64,000 nucleotides of DNA from a virus. Below are positions 30,872-40,651 of this stretch, one piece after another. Position 1 is the first letter of the stretch. Each line of letters opens with the position of its first letter. The position numbers and the translations under genes were made by a program. The notes under the pieces are model-generated. The model was not told where the DNA came from, made no database searches, and saw only the letters and a program-made list of their open reading frames with translations. The DNA lies in IMG/VR virus record IMGVR_UViG_3300030685_000353, positions 1-64,000 of that record. One strand, 5' to 3'.

Positions 30872-31340
30872 AATAAAACAAAGTGTAAATTTGATTTGAA
30901 GAGGATATTGATACAATATCAACATTAGAAGTATTAACGAAGGTGGTTAATCGTATTTCTTCTTCGAATTGTTCAACTTTTAAAAGTGGTCTTGGAATTA
31001 AAGTTGATATAGATTGATCTGGTAGTTCAATTGTTTGAGTATAAGAAGATATTTTCTCCAGCCACTTCTTATTCTTTTCTGGAATAGTAGAAAGTATTTC
31101 ATCTACTTTTATGTCTGCTTCATTTTCTAGCTGAACAAATATAGACAATAAAACCTGTAATGAATCAGCTGCTTCTTCGATTAGATGTGCTCTATCGTAC
31201 GGTTTATAACTAAATCCCAAATATTTTATAACTTCAGTACAAAATTCACCAAATTCTTCGTTGAATTTTACAATTTTTACAGGTAACGATTTATTTTCAT
31301 ATTTCGATATGTACCTTATCTCTTTAATTATTCTTTCCAT
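30861..31340 (-). CDS. MazG-like nucleotide pyrophosphohydrolase
   Basis: KFNEEFGEF ... IEEAADSL (EExxE...ExxD). Confidence 0.7.
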   Translation of the reverse strand: MERIIKEIRYISKYENKSLPVKIVKFNEEFGEFCTEVIKYLGFSYKPYDRAHLIEEAADSLQVLLSIFVQLENEADIKVDEILSTIPEKNKKWLEKISSYTQTIELPDQSISTLIPRPLLKVEQFEEEIRLTTFVNTSNVDIVSISSSNQIYTLFYYDK

Positions 31341-31398
31341 ATATTTGAATATAACCTAAAAGGTATCTGCAGTAAAACATATAATGTTAATGTTTCAA

Positions 31399-31755
31399 TT
31401 AAATTCCTAGTGCATCTCTTATCTCAGCAGATTTCATGTCTTTACCTAATCTATATGCATCATTCCTGAGTCTTTCGATAGAGTTATAGATGCAATCTAT
31501 CTTAGTATATTTTAATGCTTGCTGATCGATATATTTTTGAATACCCTCGATTGGAACCTTTGCTTTGATCATAGCAGTAATTTTTTTACCGGGTATAGTA
31601 TCTTTGTATATCTTACCAGAAATTCCAAGAATACAATTACTTACCCAATATGAAATATCATTCTGTGATATTGAATGATCACCGAGTATGTCAAATACTC
31701 TTACAGCTGAACATCTTTTTTCACCTTTTCCTATTACAAATTCATTCCAACTCAT
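31399..31755 (-). CDS. Hypothetical protein
   Basis: ORF downstream of the tRNA. Confidence 0.6.
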   Translation of the reverse strand: MSWNEFVIGKGEKRCSAVRVFDILGDHSISQNDISYWVSNCILGISGKIYKDTIPGKKITAMIKAKVPIEGIQKYIDQQALKYTKIDCIYNSIERLRNDAYRLGKDMKSAEIRDALGI

Positions 31756-31769
31756 ATTGTTTTATTTTG

Positions 31770-31850
31770 TGGTCTCCGGAGGATTCGAACCTCTTACATA
31801 TCAGGGTTAGAATCTGACGCCTAGTCCACCGGGCATTATGTTCGAAGACC
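31770..31850 (-). tRNA. Atypical tRNA with CUA anticodon (amber suppressor; Gln-like anticodon arm)
   Basis: Acceptor GGTCTTC/GGAGACC+A; D arm GCC-CGGTGGACTA-GGC; anticodon arm TCAGA-TTCTAAC-CCTGA; T arm GAGG-TTCGAAT-CCTC; no encoded CCA; 7 extra nt before the D arm. Confidence 0.75.
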
Positions 31851-31861
31851 ATGATTGATTA

Positions 31862-31903
31862 ATTATGATACAAAAATATAACAAATTCTATATTCTAGAA
31901 AAA
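31862..31903 (-). promoter_or_regulatory. Host-type promoter directly upstream of the suppressor tRNA
   Basis: Minus strand tagaatttgttaTATTTTTGtatcat (TAnnTTTG). Confidence 0.65.
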
Positions 31904-31924
31904 GGGATCCGAAGACCCCTTTTC
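31899..31924 (-). terminator. Rho-independent terminator
   Basis: aaaaggg-atccgaagac-ccctttt. Confidence 0.65.
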
Positions 31925-31934
31925 TTTTTTCTTT

Positions 31935-32456
31935 TTAATATCTAGTAACGTCAAATTCTGGATCAAATTTAGCTTTTAAAGATAGATACAATTCATATTC
32001 TTGTTTGTAACGTTGTTCTGCCGCAAGTTTTGCTCTTTCTTCAGCTTCTTTTGCTCTACGAATAGAATCATTTTTTTCAGTTTCTATTTTCTTAACTAGA
32101 TCATCTAAATAAGCTTTAAATATTTCATTTATGGCATCAGTATTTTGATTAGTATGTTTTATTGCAACCATACGCTTTGCACAATATGTAGTGACAAGAA
32201 ATAATTTGTGAGATATAACATTCTTAGTATTTTGTCCATGATACGAAATTTCTCTATTGATATTAATAGAAGTTACATTATTTTTATGTAATACGAAAAT
32301 ATTCTCTTTATCCTCAGATAATTTTACTACGAAAAATGATTTCTGATCACTATATACGCCTTTATATCCACTACGAATGGAATACTCAAAAATGTGTTTT
32401 GATGTTTCTTCGATGTACTTGATAATGTCCAATTTGATTTCTTCTGTTGTTTTCAT
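31935..32456 (-). CDS. Hypothetical protein
   Basis: ORF; C-terminal coiled coil ending ELYLSLKAKF. Confidence 0.65.
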   Translation of the reverse strand: MKTTEEIKLDIIKYIEETSKHIFEYSIRSGYKGVYSDQKSFFVVKLSEDKENIFVLHKNNVTSININREISYHGQNTKNVISHKLFLVTTYCAKRMVAIKHTNQNTDAINEIFKAYLDDLVKKIETEKNDSIRRAKEAEERAKLAAEQRYKQEYELYLSLKAKFDPEFDVTRY

Positions 32457-32465
32457 GTTGTTTTT

Positions 32466-32798
32466 TTATTTTTTTAAAATTAGGGGTAAATTAGATAGTT
32501 CTTTTCTTATGGGGGAATTTGCATATAGACATAAGGATGTACACTGATCAATGTCTGGTTCGTAGAACTTTGACACTTCAGTGACATCCTTGTATTTATC
32601 GTAATAAAAATCTAAATGTAATTCTGTAGGAACTGATAGACAGATAATGGAATTCGATTCCTCTTTCCAAGAGGAAAATCTATCAGGGTAAATATGTGCA
32701 AAATCAGCTATTGAGTGAGCGGATTGTACAACTTGATATCCAGGGTGGATATCAGATCTTGTAATAATGACTAGTTTCGGTTCTTTAATCTATAGCAT
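32466..32798 (-). CDS. Pth2-like peptidyl-tRNA hydrolase with in-frame TAG at codon 3
   Basis: ATG CTA TAG ATT AAA GAA CCG... gives ML*IKEPKLVIITRSDIHPGYQVVQSAHSIADF...WKEESNSIICLSVPTE...FYEPDIDQCTSLCL...LSNLPLILKK; matches the Pth2-type pattern K(L/M)xxxxRxD, QxxH, FxEPD, T, LxxLPL; 111 codons fill the gap exactly. Confidence 0.8.
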
Positions 32799-32818
32799 AA
32801 TAAAAAATTATTTGTTGT

Positions 32819-32827
32819 TTATATATC
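32819..32827 (-). promoter_or_regulatory. Putative late-type promoter motif upstream of the Pth2-like gene
   Basis: GATATATAAAAC about 20 nt upstream of ATG 32798. Confidence 0.55.
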
Positions 32828-32848
32828 AATATAACATATTGTTCTGTC

Positions 32849-33286
32849 TTAGAAAATTTCTAGCATTTTTATAGCATCTTGTTTAGTCATGATCTTGCCA
32901 TAATAATGCCAATTAGCTTTAGTGGTATTTATTAATCTATCCGTTATCCGAGAGACTAACATTTCGCGTTCAATATCAGTAGATGTATAGTCATTAAAAA
33001 CATTATACACTGTCCAATTCTTTTTATAATTCTCTACTTTGAATCCACGTCTTATGCACTCATCATATAGTTCAAAATACCTGTCTAGAGTAAACTTACC
33101 CTTATTTGCAAAGAAAATTACATGACCCGATCCAAGTGTAAATTTATCTGGTGAATCTGAAAAATCTTTACCCTTGTCTATCCTTTTCTTGTATACTGAA
33201 GGTAGTCTTTTGATTTCTCTATGTTCAGCTAACAAATGTTCATCTGTCAGATTTCTAACATTAATGGCAGAATTAATACGTGTCAT
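32849..33286 (-). CDS. denV: Pyrimidine dimer DNA glycosylase/endonuclease V
   Basis: MTRIN...LTDEHLLAEHREIKR, FTLGSGHVIFF, ECIRRGF; start set at MTRIN. Confidence 0.92.
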   Translation of the reverse strand: MTRINSAINVRNLTDEHLLAEHREIKRLPSVYKKRIDKGKDFSDSPDKFTLGSGHVIFFANKGKFTLDRYFELYDECIRRGFKVENYKKNWTVYNVFNDYTSTDIEREMLVSRITDRLINTTKANWHYYGKIMTKQDAIKMLEIF

Positions 33287-33331
33287 TTTTTTTTGTTTTA
33301 ATATAACACATTTTAATTCTGCCATAAACTA

Positions 33332-33616
33332 TTAGAGCTTTTCTAAATCATCATTTAGTCTCTGTAGGAATGATTCAATTCCGTCATCTCCACTTATTAG
33401 CCAATCTACTCGGTTAGCATAGACTTGTGCTATACGAATAGCCTGTACTGCGTCTTTAAATTTAGATATTACCTCTTCGGGATATTCATAAAAGTTAGCA
33501 TCCTCCCAGGATTCTCTATGATCCCTTGGCTTTCCGCTATTTACTATTTCCTGTTCGATTGAATCAGCAATATATCCAAGATAATACTGCTTATGATCAA
33601 ATGCCCCTCCACTCAT
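33332..33616 (-). CDS. Conserved phage hypothetical protein (MSGGxF...WLxSGDDG type)
   Basis: MSGGAFD, VDWLISGDDGIESF. Confidence 0.65.
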   Translation of the reverse strand: MSGGAFDHKQYYLGYIADSIEQEIVNSGKPRDHRESWEDANFYEYPEEVISKFKDAVQAIRIAQVYANRVDWLISGDDGIESFLQRLNDDLEKL

Positions 33617-33620
33617 AAGA

Positions 33621-35879
33621 TTAGATTTTAGTTATTTCACAACTAGTACCTGAACAAGCCTGAGCTGCGAAATCATTAATATCTTTATATGCTGGTCTAT
33701 CTAAGATTTCATTGAAGTCTACAGCTTTCATCTGTCTATTAATAACTTCCCATTTGTGTAGCAAGTGTACATCTTTTAGACAGTTGACAGTTTTTCTGAT
33801 GTCTCCTTTGAAATAATTTTTAGCATAACGTTTTGCTCTATCTATCCAGTAACGTTTGAGAAGTACATCTTCTCTTGTACCTGAGATAGGGATCGATCTG
33901 TCTATTACACTATCACAAGCTGACCAAAGGTTTCCTTTAAAGTAATGCAAGCCATCTACAATCATTCCTGAAGCAAACATTGCACCTTTTCCGTAATCTT
34001 CTAAAATTTCTTGCATAGTAGAAACAGAAGTAAATGGAGCTTGGTGGAAATCTTTATCTCCAAATTTAGAAATAAATGATACTGCATTGAATACATCCTT
34101 ATTTTCCCAGATATAATCTATCACTTCATCTTTTTCTTCTTCACCAACAATAACTGTACAACTTACATTGTGACTTATATTAGGATATACAGAAAGTTCT
34201 CTGTCTGTTCCTTCATTTACCCAATTCTCTTGTACAAGTTTTATTTTTTCTAAGTGTTCGATAGCACCTAAATCTTTCTTATATAAGCCATCCTTTGGGT
34301 TTTCGATAGGTACAAATACTACATAGTCAGTCTTTGTTTCAGAGAATACAGAATCTTCCAATAAGAACTCCATATTCTGTTCAAGCCATTTTGCAGTATC
34401 TGTTTCTTTACTAAGTTGCATGATACGGAAATAACGTTCACTATGTTCAGGGTGTATACCTGAGGCTGTTCCTAAGATAACTGATGCATTACCAGAAGGT
34501 TTAACACAAGTGGTTCTTGCAGCTGGATTGATACCGATTAATTCCGCTACTTCTCTGTTGATAGATTTAACCAAGTTTGCTCCTTCTTTTAACAATGCTG
34601 CATTGAAAAGTTTAGGGTTATTCATCCAGCCAGTAATTGATACACCAAGTAATGCTTCTCTTTTGAAAATTTCCTCAGTTACTTTTCCTAGATATGGGAA
34701 ATTAGTCCAACCAGCTTGGAATGTACCTTGAATTGAAGCACTTTTACATGCCTTTAAGAATTTATCCTTAGTCGAACATGATTCAGCATTAATTTCTGTA
34801 AGATTACAACCTTGTATACCAAGAAGATTTTCATTGTCCGATATAAATTGTGCAATTTGTTCATATTGAATACTTTCAAAATCACCTTTCCAAAGCATTG
34901 GAATTTTTGAAATTTCAAAACAAGGATTGAACATGTCGAACCATGAGTTTGCAAATACGAATCCGATATCAGATCTACCATCATTCATCTTTACGATTTC
35001 TGCAAATCGTTCGTATGATGTTTTAGTACGAAGTAATATTACAGAGTTGTTACTTCTTGCTCTATGTGGATTGACACTAAACCAGTCACCTATTTTAGCA
35101 TTAATCATTTCGTCATCATAAGGATCGACAATTAGATTCATTGCTGATCTTCTTACTCCTCCTGACAATACTGCATTAGAAATATGACATAAAATGTCAA
35201 AACCTAAGATAGGACGTACTGTATCACCTTCAGTGTTTATCCATTTGTTAATAAGTTCTTCTATTCTGTTAATTGAACTTCTTAAACCTTGTGAACCTGG
35301 AGCTTTAAAACCACCACTAATGAAAGATCCTTTTTCACGGATAAGTGAATAATCAAACTTTATTTCATATCCAGCATATTCTGGAAACGGTTGTTTGTCT
35401 ACGAAGTAAGATGACATTAATACCCCTAATGAATCAGCCCAGCCTTCTATTGTATCGGGGATAACAAAGGTTTTTGTTCCCAATGTTCGTTTCTGTATCT
35501 TAGAAATATTTGCCACGAAAGGTTTTAGTACGCCTACTCCTACTCCACAACCCGATAGCATCAAATAGAAGATTTCCTGAAATGCTCTATTTCTTGCTAA
35601 ATAAGTAGATGTACAATTATACAAACGTGTATTGTGTTTGTTCAACTGTTCACCACGATATTGCAATGTTCGTTGTGATGCCAAGATAGATTTATCTTTC
35701 ATAGAAGCTAATGCTATGTCAGAATATGGTAGAATTTTATCGCCATACTTATCTATGTGTGATTGCATGATATTTTCACATGCTTCTTCCCAATTTTCAT
35801 ATCTATCCAATGACTCATTCCACTTGAAATAATCAGAGTATAGTTTTAAATCGGATAAGAATTTTTTTCCTTTTTGCAT
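33621..35879 (-). CDS. nrdJ: Class II (B12-dependent) ribonucleotide reductase
   Basis: YNCTS, GCGVG, SGGVRRSA, NPCFEI, CNLTEI, TTCVKPSGNAS, C-terminal ACSGTSCEI. Confidence 0.88.
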   Translation of the reverse strand: MQKGKKFLSDLKLYSDYFKWNESLDRYENWEEACENIMQSHIDKYGDKILPYSDIALASMKDKSILASQRTLQYRGEQLNKHNTRLYNCTSTYLARNRAFQEIFYLMLSGCGVGVGVLKPFVANISKIQKRTLGTKTFVIPDTIEGWADSLGVLMSSYFVDKQPFPEYAGYEIKFDYSLIREKGSFISGGFKAPGSQGLRSSINRIEELINKWINTEGDTVRPILGFDILCHISNAVLSGGVRRSAMNLIVDPYDDEMINAKIGDWFSVNPHRARSNNSVILLRTKTSYERFAEIVKMNDGRSDIGFVFANSWFDMFNPCFEISKIPMLWKGDFESIQYEQIAQFISDNENLLGIQGCNLTEINAESCSTKDKFLKACKSASIQGTFQAGWTNFPYLGKVTEEIFKREALLGVSITGWMNNPKLFNAALLKEGANLVKSINREVAELIGINPAARTTCVKPSGNASVILGTASGIHPEHSERYFRIMQLSKETDTAKWLEQNMEFLLEDSVFSETKTDYVVFVPIENPKDGLYKKDLGAIEHLEKIKLVQENWVNEGTDRELSVYPNISHNVSCTVIVGEEEKDEVIDYIWENKDVFNAVSFISKFGDKDFHQAPFTSVSTMQEILEDYGKGAMFASGMIVDGLHYFKGNLWSACDSVIDRSIPISGTREDVLLKRYWIDRAKRYAKNYFKGDIRKTVNCLKDVHLLHKWEVINRQMKAVDFNEILDRPAYKDINDFAAQACSGTSCEITKI

Positions 35880-36013
35880 ATATGTAATAAATTTTGTAAA
35901 TCTGTAATGGTTTTAGTGTATAATCATTAAGGTTCTTGCTGCTCATGGTACGCATAAATAAGTATGAACTTTTTTATCAGTCTACTATAAATAGATAGTT
36001 AAAAGTATATAAT

Positions 36014-36649
36014 ATGGAACATTATCGTATGACAGTTGTAATGCCGTGTTTTGGTAGACCAGCTAGAACGAGAAGAATGATAAATTGTATTTTATCTCAG
36101 ACAGCAGAACATTGTGAGATTTATGTGGTAGGAGATGGGTGTCCACATTTTCAGACTATTATAGATTCAGGTGAAGCAGAATTCTATAAAGAAGTAGCAA
36201 AGAAGCGAAATAATACTCTGCATATATTCAACAACGATAAGAATGTCGGCGGATATGGAACTTCTATAATACAGTCTGCATTAGTGAATGCAAAAGGTAG
36301 ATATTTTATGATTCTGGGTAATGATGATATAATATTACCTAATCATTTTGAACATTACTTGAATGAGATAGAAAATAGTAAGTATGAATTAGTGTATTTT
36401 AATACATATATGAAGCCCACAGACTCTATAAGAAGTACAAAATTCGAAATAAATCACATAGGTCATTCAGAGATCATATTTAAAGTAGATATAGGTAGAA
36501 AAATAACGTATGATGTTTCATATGGACATGATTGGCGGTTTATCCACGATATCTCTAAACATACTAATAGAATTAAAAAAGCTGCATCTATAGATTACAC
36601 ATATATAGTCATGCATATACCAGGCCATAAAGAAGAAATTATTGATTAA
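36014..36649 (+). CDS. Glycosyltransferase family 2
   Basis: [32 protein letters not shown]. Confidence 0.85.
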   Translation: MEHYRMTVVMPCFGRPARTRRMINCILSQTAEHCEIYVVGDGCPHFQTIIDSGEAEFYKEVAKKRNNTLHIFNNDKNVGGYGTSIIQSALVNAKGRYFMILGNDDIILPNHFEHYLNEIENSKYELVYFNTYMKPTDSIRSTKFEINHIGHSEIIFKVDIGRKITYDVSYGHDWRFIHDISKHTNRIKKAASIDYTYIVMHIPGHKEEIID

Positions 36650-37946
36650 CATGAATGAATTGAAAACTTACTCACTACGAATAATTGATCCAGTATCGAA
36701 AGATTATATTGTAACTAAGAAACTGAAAGCTGTAAATGAAACATTGTCAGGAGATTTAGATGTTTCTTTTGATGCAAAAAATGCCATCATAGATAAAGGG
36801 AAAGCTAAGTTTTTCTTAGATCAGGAAGAATTAGAGTTACCCCTTGAAACTTTTCTCTGGTTGCCATTGGGTGAAAAGATAGACATCAAAGAAGCTACAA
36901 TAGAACTCAGACATTTGGATATGAAATATCCAGACACTTTCGAATATAAGCTTTTGGTAGCTACACCGAAAATGATAAAGACTAATCAGACTTATAATGT
37001 AAGTGTGACAGCTCATTTTGTAGTATATTTTGGTTCAAACTATTATTTCTACGATAATAAAGGAGTACTGTTATACACTGCACCTTTTGCATACATAGAA
37101 TTCCTGCCTTGGGGTAGTATGATATCTAATCTACGTATTTGGAATCCTTTTACAGGTCTCTTTTCTGACGAATCTCTCTATAAGAAACATAACATTTTAG
37201 GTGCTAATGGAACATCTGGAACTTCAGGCATCAGTGGTACATCAGGATCTAGTGGAACATCAGGTGAATCAGGAACCAGTGGAACTTCGGGTTCTTCTGG
37301 TGAAACAGGAACTAGTGGAACATCAGGTGAATCAGGAACCAGTGGAACTTCAGGCATTTCAGGAACTAGTGGAATTGATGGAGTAAATGGTGAAGATGGT
37401 GTACCAGGAGTAGATGGAATAGTATATGTATGGGAAGGATCATGGGAAAATGAAAGACATTATGCTGCATATTCAGTAGTACGTTATAAAAATGCTATAT
37501 GGGTAGCTATATCTGACAATTCAGACGAAGAACCCGATAAATCTCCAGACTCATGGGATATAATGATGGGTATGGGTGGTGATTCTATGATTTCTACCCT
37601 CAAGTTCACTTTGACTTCAAAAGAATTTTCACACTTAAAAACTATACCACTGTCACTAATCAAAGTTGATGAAAATGCTGCAATAGAAATTATATCTTCA
37701 GTTATTATATCCTCTACTCCTAAGATACACAATAATTTCGATATTGCACTATGTGTAGGAAATGATATAATAGGTGGATTTGAAGATGTTCTAAACAATG
37801 ATAAGACAGTTAATAAATGTGCTTTCTTCGATAACTCTTCTTATTTGATAGGCAAACCTGTAATGTTACGATCTACCACAGATATTCCTGAAATAGAAGA
37901 TGCAAAACTGATACTATCGATATCGTTCAGATACATTTACATTTAA
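36642..37946 (+). CDS. Gly-Ser/Thr repeat (collagen-like) protein with a small carbohydrate-binding-like module
   Basis: (GTS/GES/GSS)n followed by [26 protein letters not shown]...P...W. Confidence 0.7.
   Translation: MINMNELKTYSLRIIDPVSKDYIVTKKLKAVNETLSGDLDVSFDAKNAIIDKGKAKFFLDQEELELPLETFLWLPLGEKIDIKEATIELRHLDMKYPDTFEYKLLVATPKMIKTNQTYNVSVTAHFVVYFGSNYYFYDNKGVLLYTAPFAYIEFLPWGSMISNLRIWNPFTGLFSDESLYKKHNILGANGTSGTSGISGTSGSSGTSGESGTSGTSGSSGETGTSGTSGESGTSGTSGISGTSGIDGVNGEDGVPGVDGIVYVWEGSWENERHYAAYSVVRYKNAIWVAISDNSDEEPDKSPDSWDIMMGMGGDSMISTLKFTLTSKEFSHLKTIPLSLIKVDENAAIEIISSVIISSTPKIHNNFDIALCVGNDIIGGFEDVLNNDKTVNKCAFFDNSSYLIGKPVMLRSTTDIPEIEDAKLILSISFRYIYI
37208..37375 (+). repeat. Coding 9-bp-period repeat (Gly-X-Ser)
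   Basis: ggaacatca/ggaacttca/ggaactagt units; block agtggaacatcaggtgaatcaggaaccagtggaacttc occurs twice. Confidence 0.85.
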
Positions 37947-37952
37947 ACACAT

Positions 37953-37983
37953 AAAAGAGGAGAATCAAAGTTCTCCTCTTTTT
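37953..37983. terminator. Bidirectional terminator between convergent genes
   Basis: aaaagaggagaa-tcaaag-ttctcctcttttt. Confidence 0.8.
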
Positions 37984-38222
37984 TAGTTTAATTTATTACT
38001 TATGCCGAGCTCTTTCCTAACTTCTTCAACTTCTTCTATAGTAAGAACATATTCAAGTTCTTGTATACGTCCTCTGAACTCTGTCAGTATATCTACATAT
38101 TCAGTTATTTTAGCATGATCAGTATAAAATCTCAGATTACATACAAATGTTTTTTCTGTTTGTGTCCTAGCATTATACATGTCACGTAATCTAGAAATTA
38201 ACTTTCCTCTTACATCGTTCAT
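37983..38222 (-). CDS. Hypothetical protein
   Basis: ORF. Confidence 0.55.
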   Translation of the reverse strand: MNDVRGKLISRLRDMYNARTQTEKTFVCNLRFYTDHAKITEYVDILTEFRGRIQELEYVLTIEEVEEVRKELGISNKLN

Positions 38223-38917
38223 AAATAAAATTCTATATCAGCGGTAGTTTTTTCAGTACCTTGTAAATTTAACGTTAGTGGCACATCAATTATTTTAGCT
38301 GGGCCTTGTTTAAATCTACGAGGTTCAGCAGTAACATAGCTTTCAATGTTGCGAAATCCAAAGTTTGTGATAACGGAGAAATTAGAAAGACTACTAGCAG
38401 CTGAAAATTCAGAATTTAATCTATACGGCAATGCAAGATAACCTTGAACCGTGTGAAATTCCAAAACTTTTTCTTGATATTCAAATCCATACTTATTTGT
38501 AGAATGTTTCACGGCAGTAACACTATAGTTGATATTCACTTTACCATAATATACATACGGTCTATTTTGCAACAAATAAACATGTCCTACTGTCAAATGT
38601 TTTTTCGTTATTATGCCAGTACCGGATTTCTTTACAGTAGCAAAACGTTTAGCTACAACTTTGCTGAATACACATAGAGATTCATCTTTGATAACGATAT
38701 CTTCGAAACATTCTTTATATTGTACTGGAGTCATAGATGTTAGAGTAACAGCTAATTCACCAGACTTTGAATATTTCCATCTACCTCCAAGTGCTTTAAC
38801 TTGATCGGGATCAGATAATAGAGTCAAAAAATCTTCTTTATCGTATGCAGTAATAGCTGTACGAACACTCGTTCTCGATCCTCTTGATGTATGCAAAAAG
38901 ATAAATTTACTTGACAT
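38219..38917 (-). CDS. Hypothetical protein
   Basis: ORF. Confidence 0.6.
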   Translation of the reverse strand: MSSKFIFLHTSRGSRTSVRTAITAYDKEDFLTLLSDPDQVKALGGRWKYSKSGELAVTLTSMTPVQYKECFEDIVIKDESLCVFSKVVAKRFATVKKSGTGIITKKHLTVGHVYLLQNRPYVYYGKVNINYSVTAVKHSTNKYGFEYQEKVLEFHTVQGYLALPYRLNSEFSAASSLSNFSVITNFGFRNIESYVTAEPRRFKQGPAKIIDVPLTLNLQGTEKTTADIEFYL

Positions 38918-39368
38918 CTTTTTCTTTTTTATTTCCGGCGTTAAATAGCATTACGAATAAGTTCTCTATTTTACCATAGATGAATTCATATGCATCCATG
39001 AATAATTTGCCAAATACCCAATTTAAACATGATACTGGCCATAAAAACCACCATCTGAATACTGCAAATCTAAGATCGAAATCACTCTTTTCAGTAGTGC
39101 TTAATTCTTTTCCTTTAAAATAAGTACGGATTAATGAAAAGATGAAACCGATTAGGACGTATCCGATAATATTTTTCCATGTAAATACATGCAATACCGG
39201 TAAATTTCCCCATAAGTAATTCACTGCAAGAAAGACAAGTGTTACTGCAAATGCAGATGATCCACTGTCAGACAAATCTGAAACGAAAAGGAGAATAATA
39301 AAGATTAACAATGACAATGCGAGAATCCACGAACTGCCAAATAAAGTAAAACCTAGAAGTAAACTCAT
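38907..39368 (-). CDS. Membrane protein
   Basis: Three to four TM segments; WWFLWP. Confidence 0.65.
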   Translation of the reverse strand: MSLLLGFTLFGSSWILALSLLIFIILLFVSDLSDSGSSAFAVTLVFLAVNYLWGNLPVLHVFTWKNIIGYVLIGFIFSLIRTYFKGKELSTTEKSDFDLRFAVFRWWFLWPVSCLNWVFGKLFMDAYEFIYGKIENLFVMLFNAGNKKEKDVK

Positions 39369-39411
39369 ATTTTTTTATTTTAATGATTAGATAAAATATA
39401 ACAAATGCATG

Positions 39412-39852
39412 CTACAATAGAAAATTATCGGCACACCATAGAATATCAGACTTTGGATAATCATGCACGCTTTTAAATCTAAGAAATATTAATTCGTCCG
39501 AAACGATATCGCCATTTGTACCTACATAATATTTAGCACCTTTAGGTATACGCCAAACAGTATTCGAAAATCCAGTGCTTTCACGTTTAGCATGTAGTCC
39601 ATTTTCTATGTCCCATCTGAAGTGTTTATAAAACCAACCTAATTCTACAAAATGTTGGGAAGTTTTACGTTTCTTGAATGTTGCTGTTTCTCTCAAAGAA
39701 TACCAATGATTCTCAAAGAAATGTCCGTATAATGCAATTTTCTCATTTTTAGTTTCAGTAGCTTTTTCTACTAATACTACAGAACATTTTTTATAGACTT
39801 CTATGTCTTTCTTAGCAGTTTTGGCAAAGTAATGGGTAGTTTGTAGGCACAT
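39412..39852 (-). CDS. Paralogue family A (MCL...DIxVYK...GLHA...IPKG), copy 1
   Basis: Shared motifs with 40644..41174 and 41176..41682. Confidence 0.7.
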   Translation of the reverse strand: MCLQTTHYFAKTAKKDIEVYKKCSVVLVEKATETKNEKIALYGHFFENHWYSLRETATFKKRKTSQHFVELGWFYKHFRWDIENGLHAKRESTGFSNTVWRIPKGAKYYVGTNGDIVSDELIFLRFKSVHDYPKSDILWCADNFLL

Positions 39853-39853
39853 A

Positions 39854-40651
39854 TTATAAAATGTTTTCTTGTTCTTGTTCTTGTTCTATTTTATCACAAT
39901 TTGGATTAAACTGTGCAACTTCTTTAAGTTCTACAATTTTTTCTTTTATCGTAGTACTAATCTTTTTTGGCTTTAATTTAGATTCTTCTATTATCATCGG
40001 TTCTATGACATATTTCCAGTCTGATATACTACGATACAGATAACAACCTACAGACATTTTTCTATTTCTGTCTTTGTCGATATTAAAGTATGAGCTGCTA
40101 CTAGATGAAAAATGATACTGATGTTCAGTTGAAAATACAGGATATGGTCCAATCCGATGAGAAGCATGTACGAAATCATCATTTGACCATAGAGGAAATA
40201 ATGTAGCTAACTTCTGTGTCCAATCTCGTTCACTAGCATATCTATAGCCAAATTGATCCATGATAAATTTTATTTCAGCTGGTTCAATATGAATGCTATC
40301 CATAGTAAATTCTTTTATGAAAATATCGAATAATTCAGCTTTAATATCATCTCTACTATCGTTCAATTTGATAATTGAAGAATACGCATCATTATATGCA
40401 TCAACTAAATCTCTGAAGTTTATGAATTCTACGTAAGCTTCATGTCTAACTGCATTTCTCCTTCTTGTGGCTTTACTAGAAGGATTATTTGATGCAAACT
40501 GAATGTATGCATCATACATGACCAAGTATTTAACCGCTTTTGTACGTTGTGAATCAATATCAGTTAGTTTATCGTACAATTTTACTAACATCTGTATCTG
40601 CTTTTCAGATATATCGGAATATTTCTTTATGAATTTTGTATAACTACTCAT
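39854..40651 (-). CDS. Hypothetical protein
   Basis: ORF. Confidence 0.6.
   Translation of the reverse strand: MSSYTKFIKKYSDISEKQIQMLVKLYDKLTDIDSQRTKAVKYLVMYDAYIQFASNNPSSKATRRRNAVRHEAYVEFINFRDLVDAYNDAYSSIIKLNDSRDDIKAELFDIFIKEFTMDSIHIEPAEIKFIMDQFGYRYASERDWTQKLATLFPLWSNDDFVHASHRIGPYPVFSTEHQYHFSSSSSSYFNIDKDRNRKMSVGCYLYRSISDWKYVIEPMIIEESKLKPKKISTTIKEKIVELKEVAQFNPNCDKIEQEQEQENIL

Noticed and set aside
31801-31820. Reading the tRNA as Arg(TCT)
   Set aside because: Stem pairing TCAG/CTGA centres the loop on CTA; a TCT register breaks the stem
15302-35879. Inteins in TerL, clamp loader or NrdJ
   Set aside because: Normal lengths and motif spacing; no C...HN splice motifs
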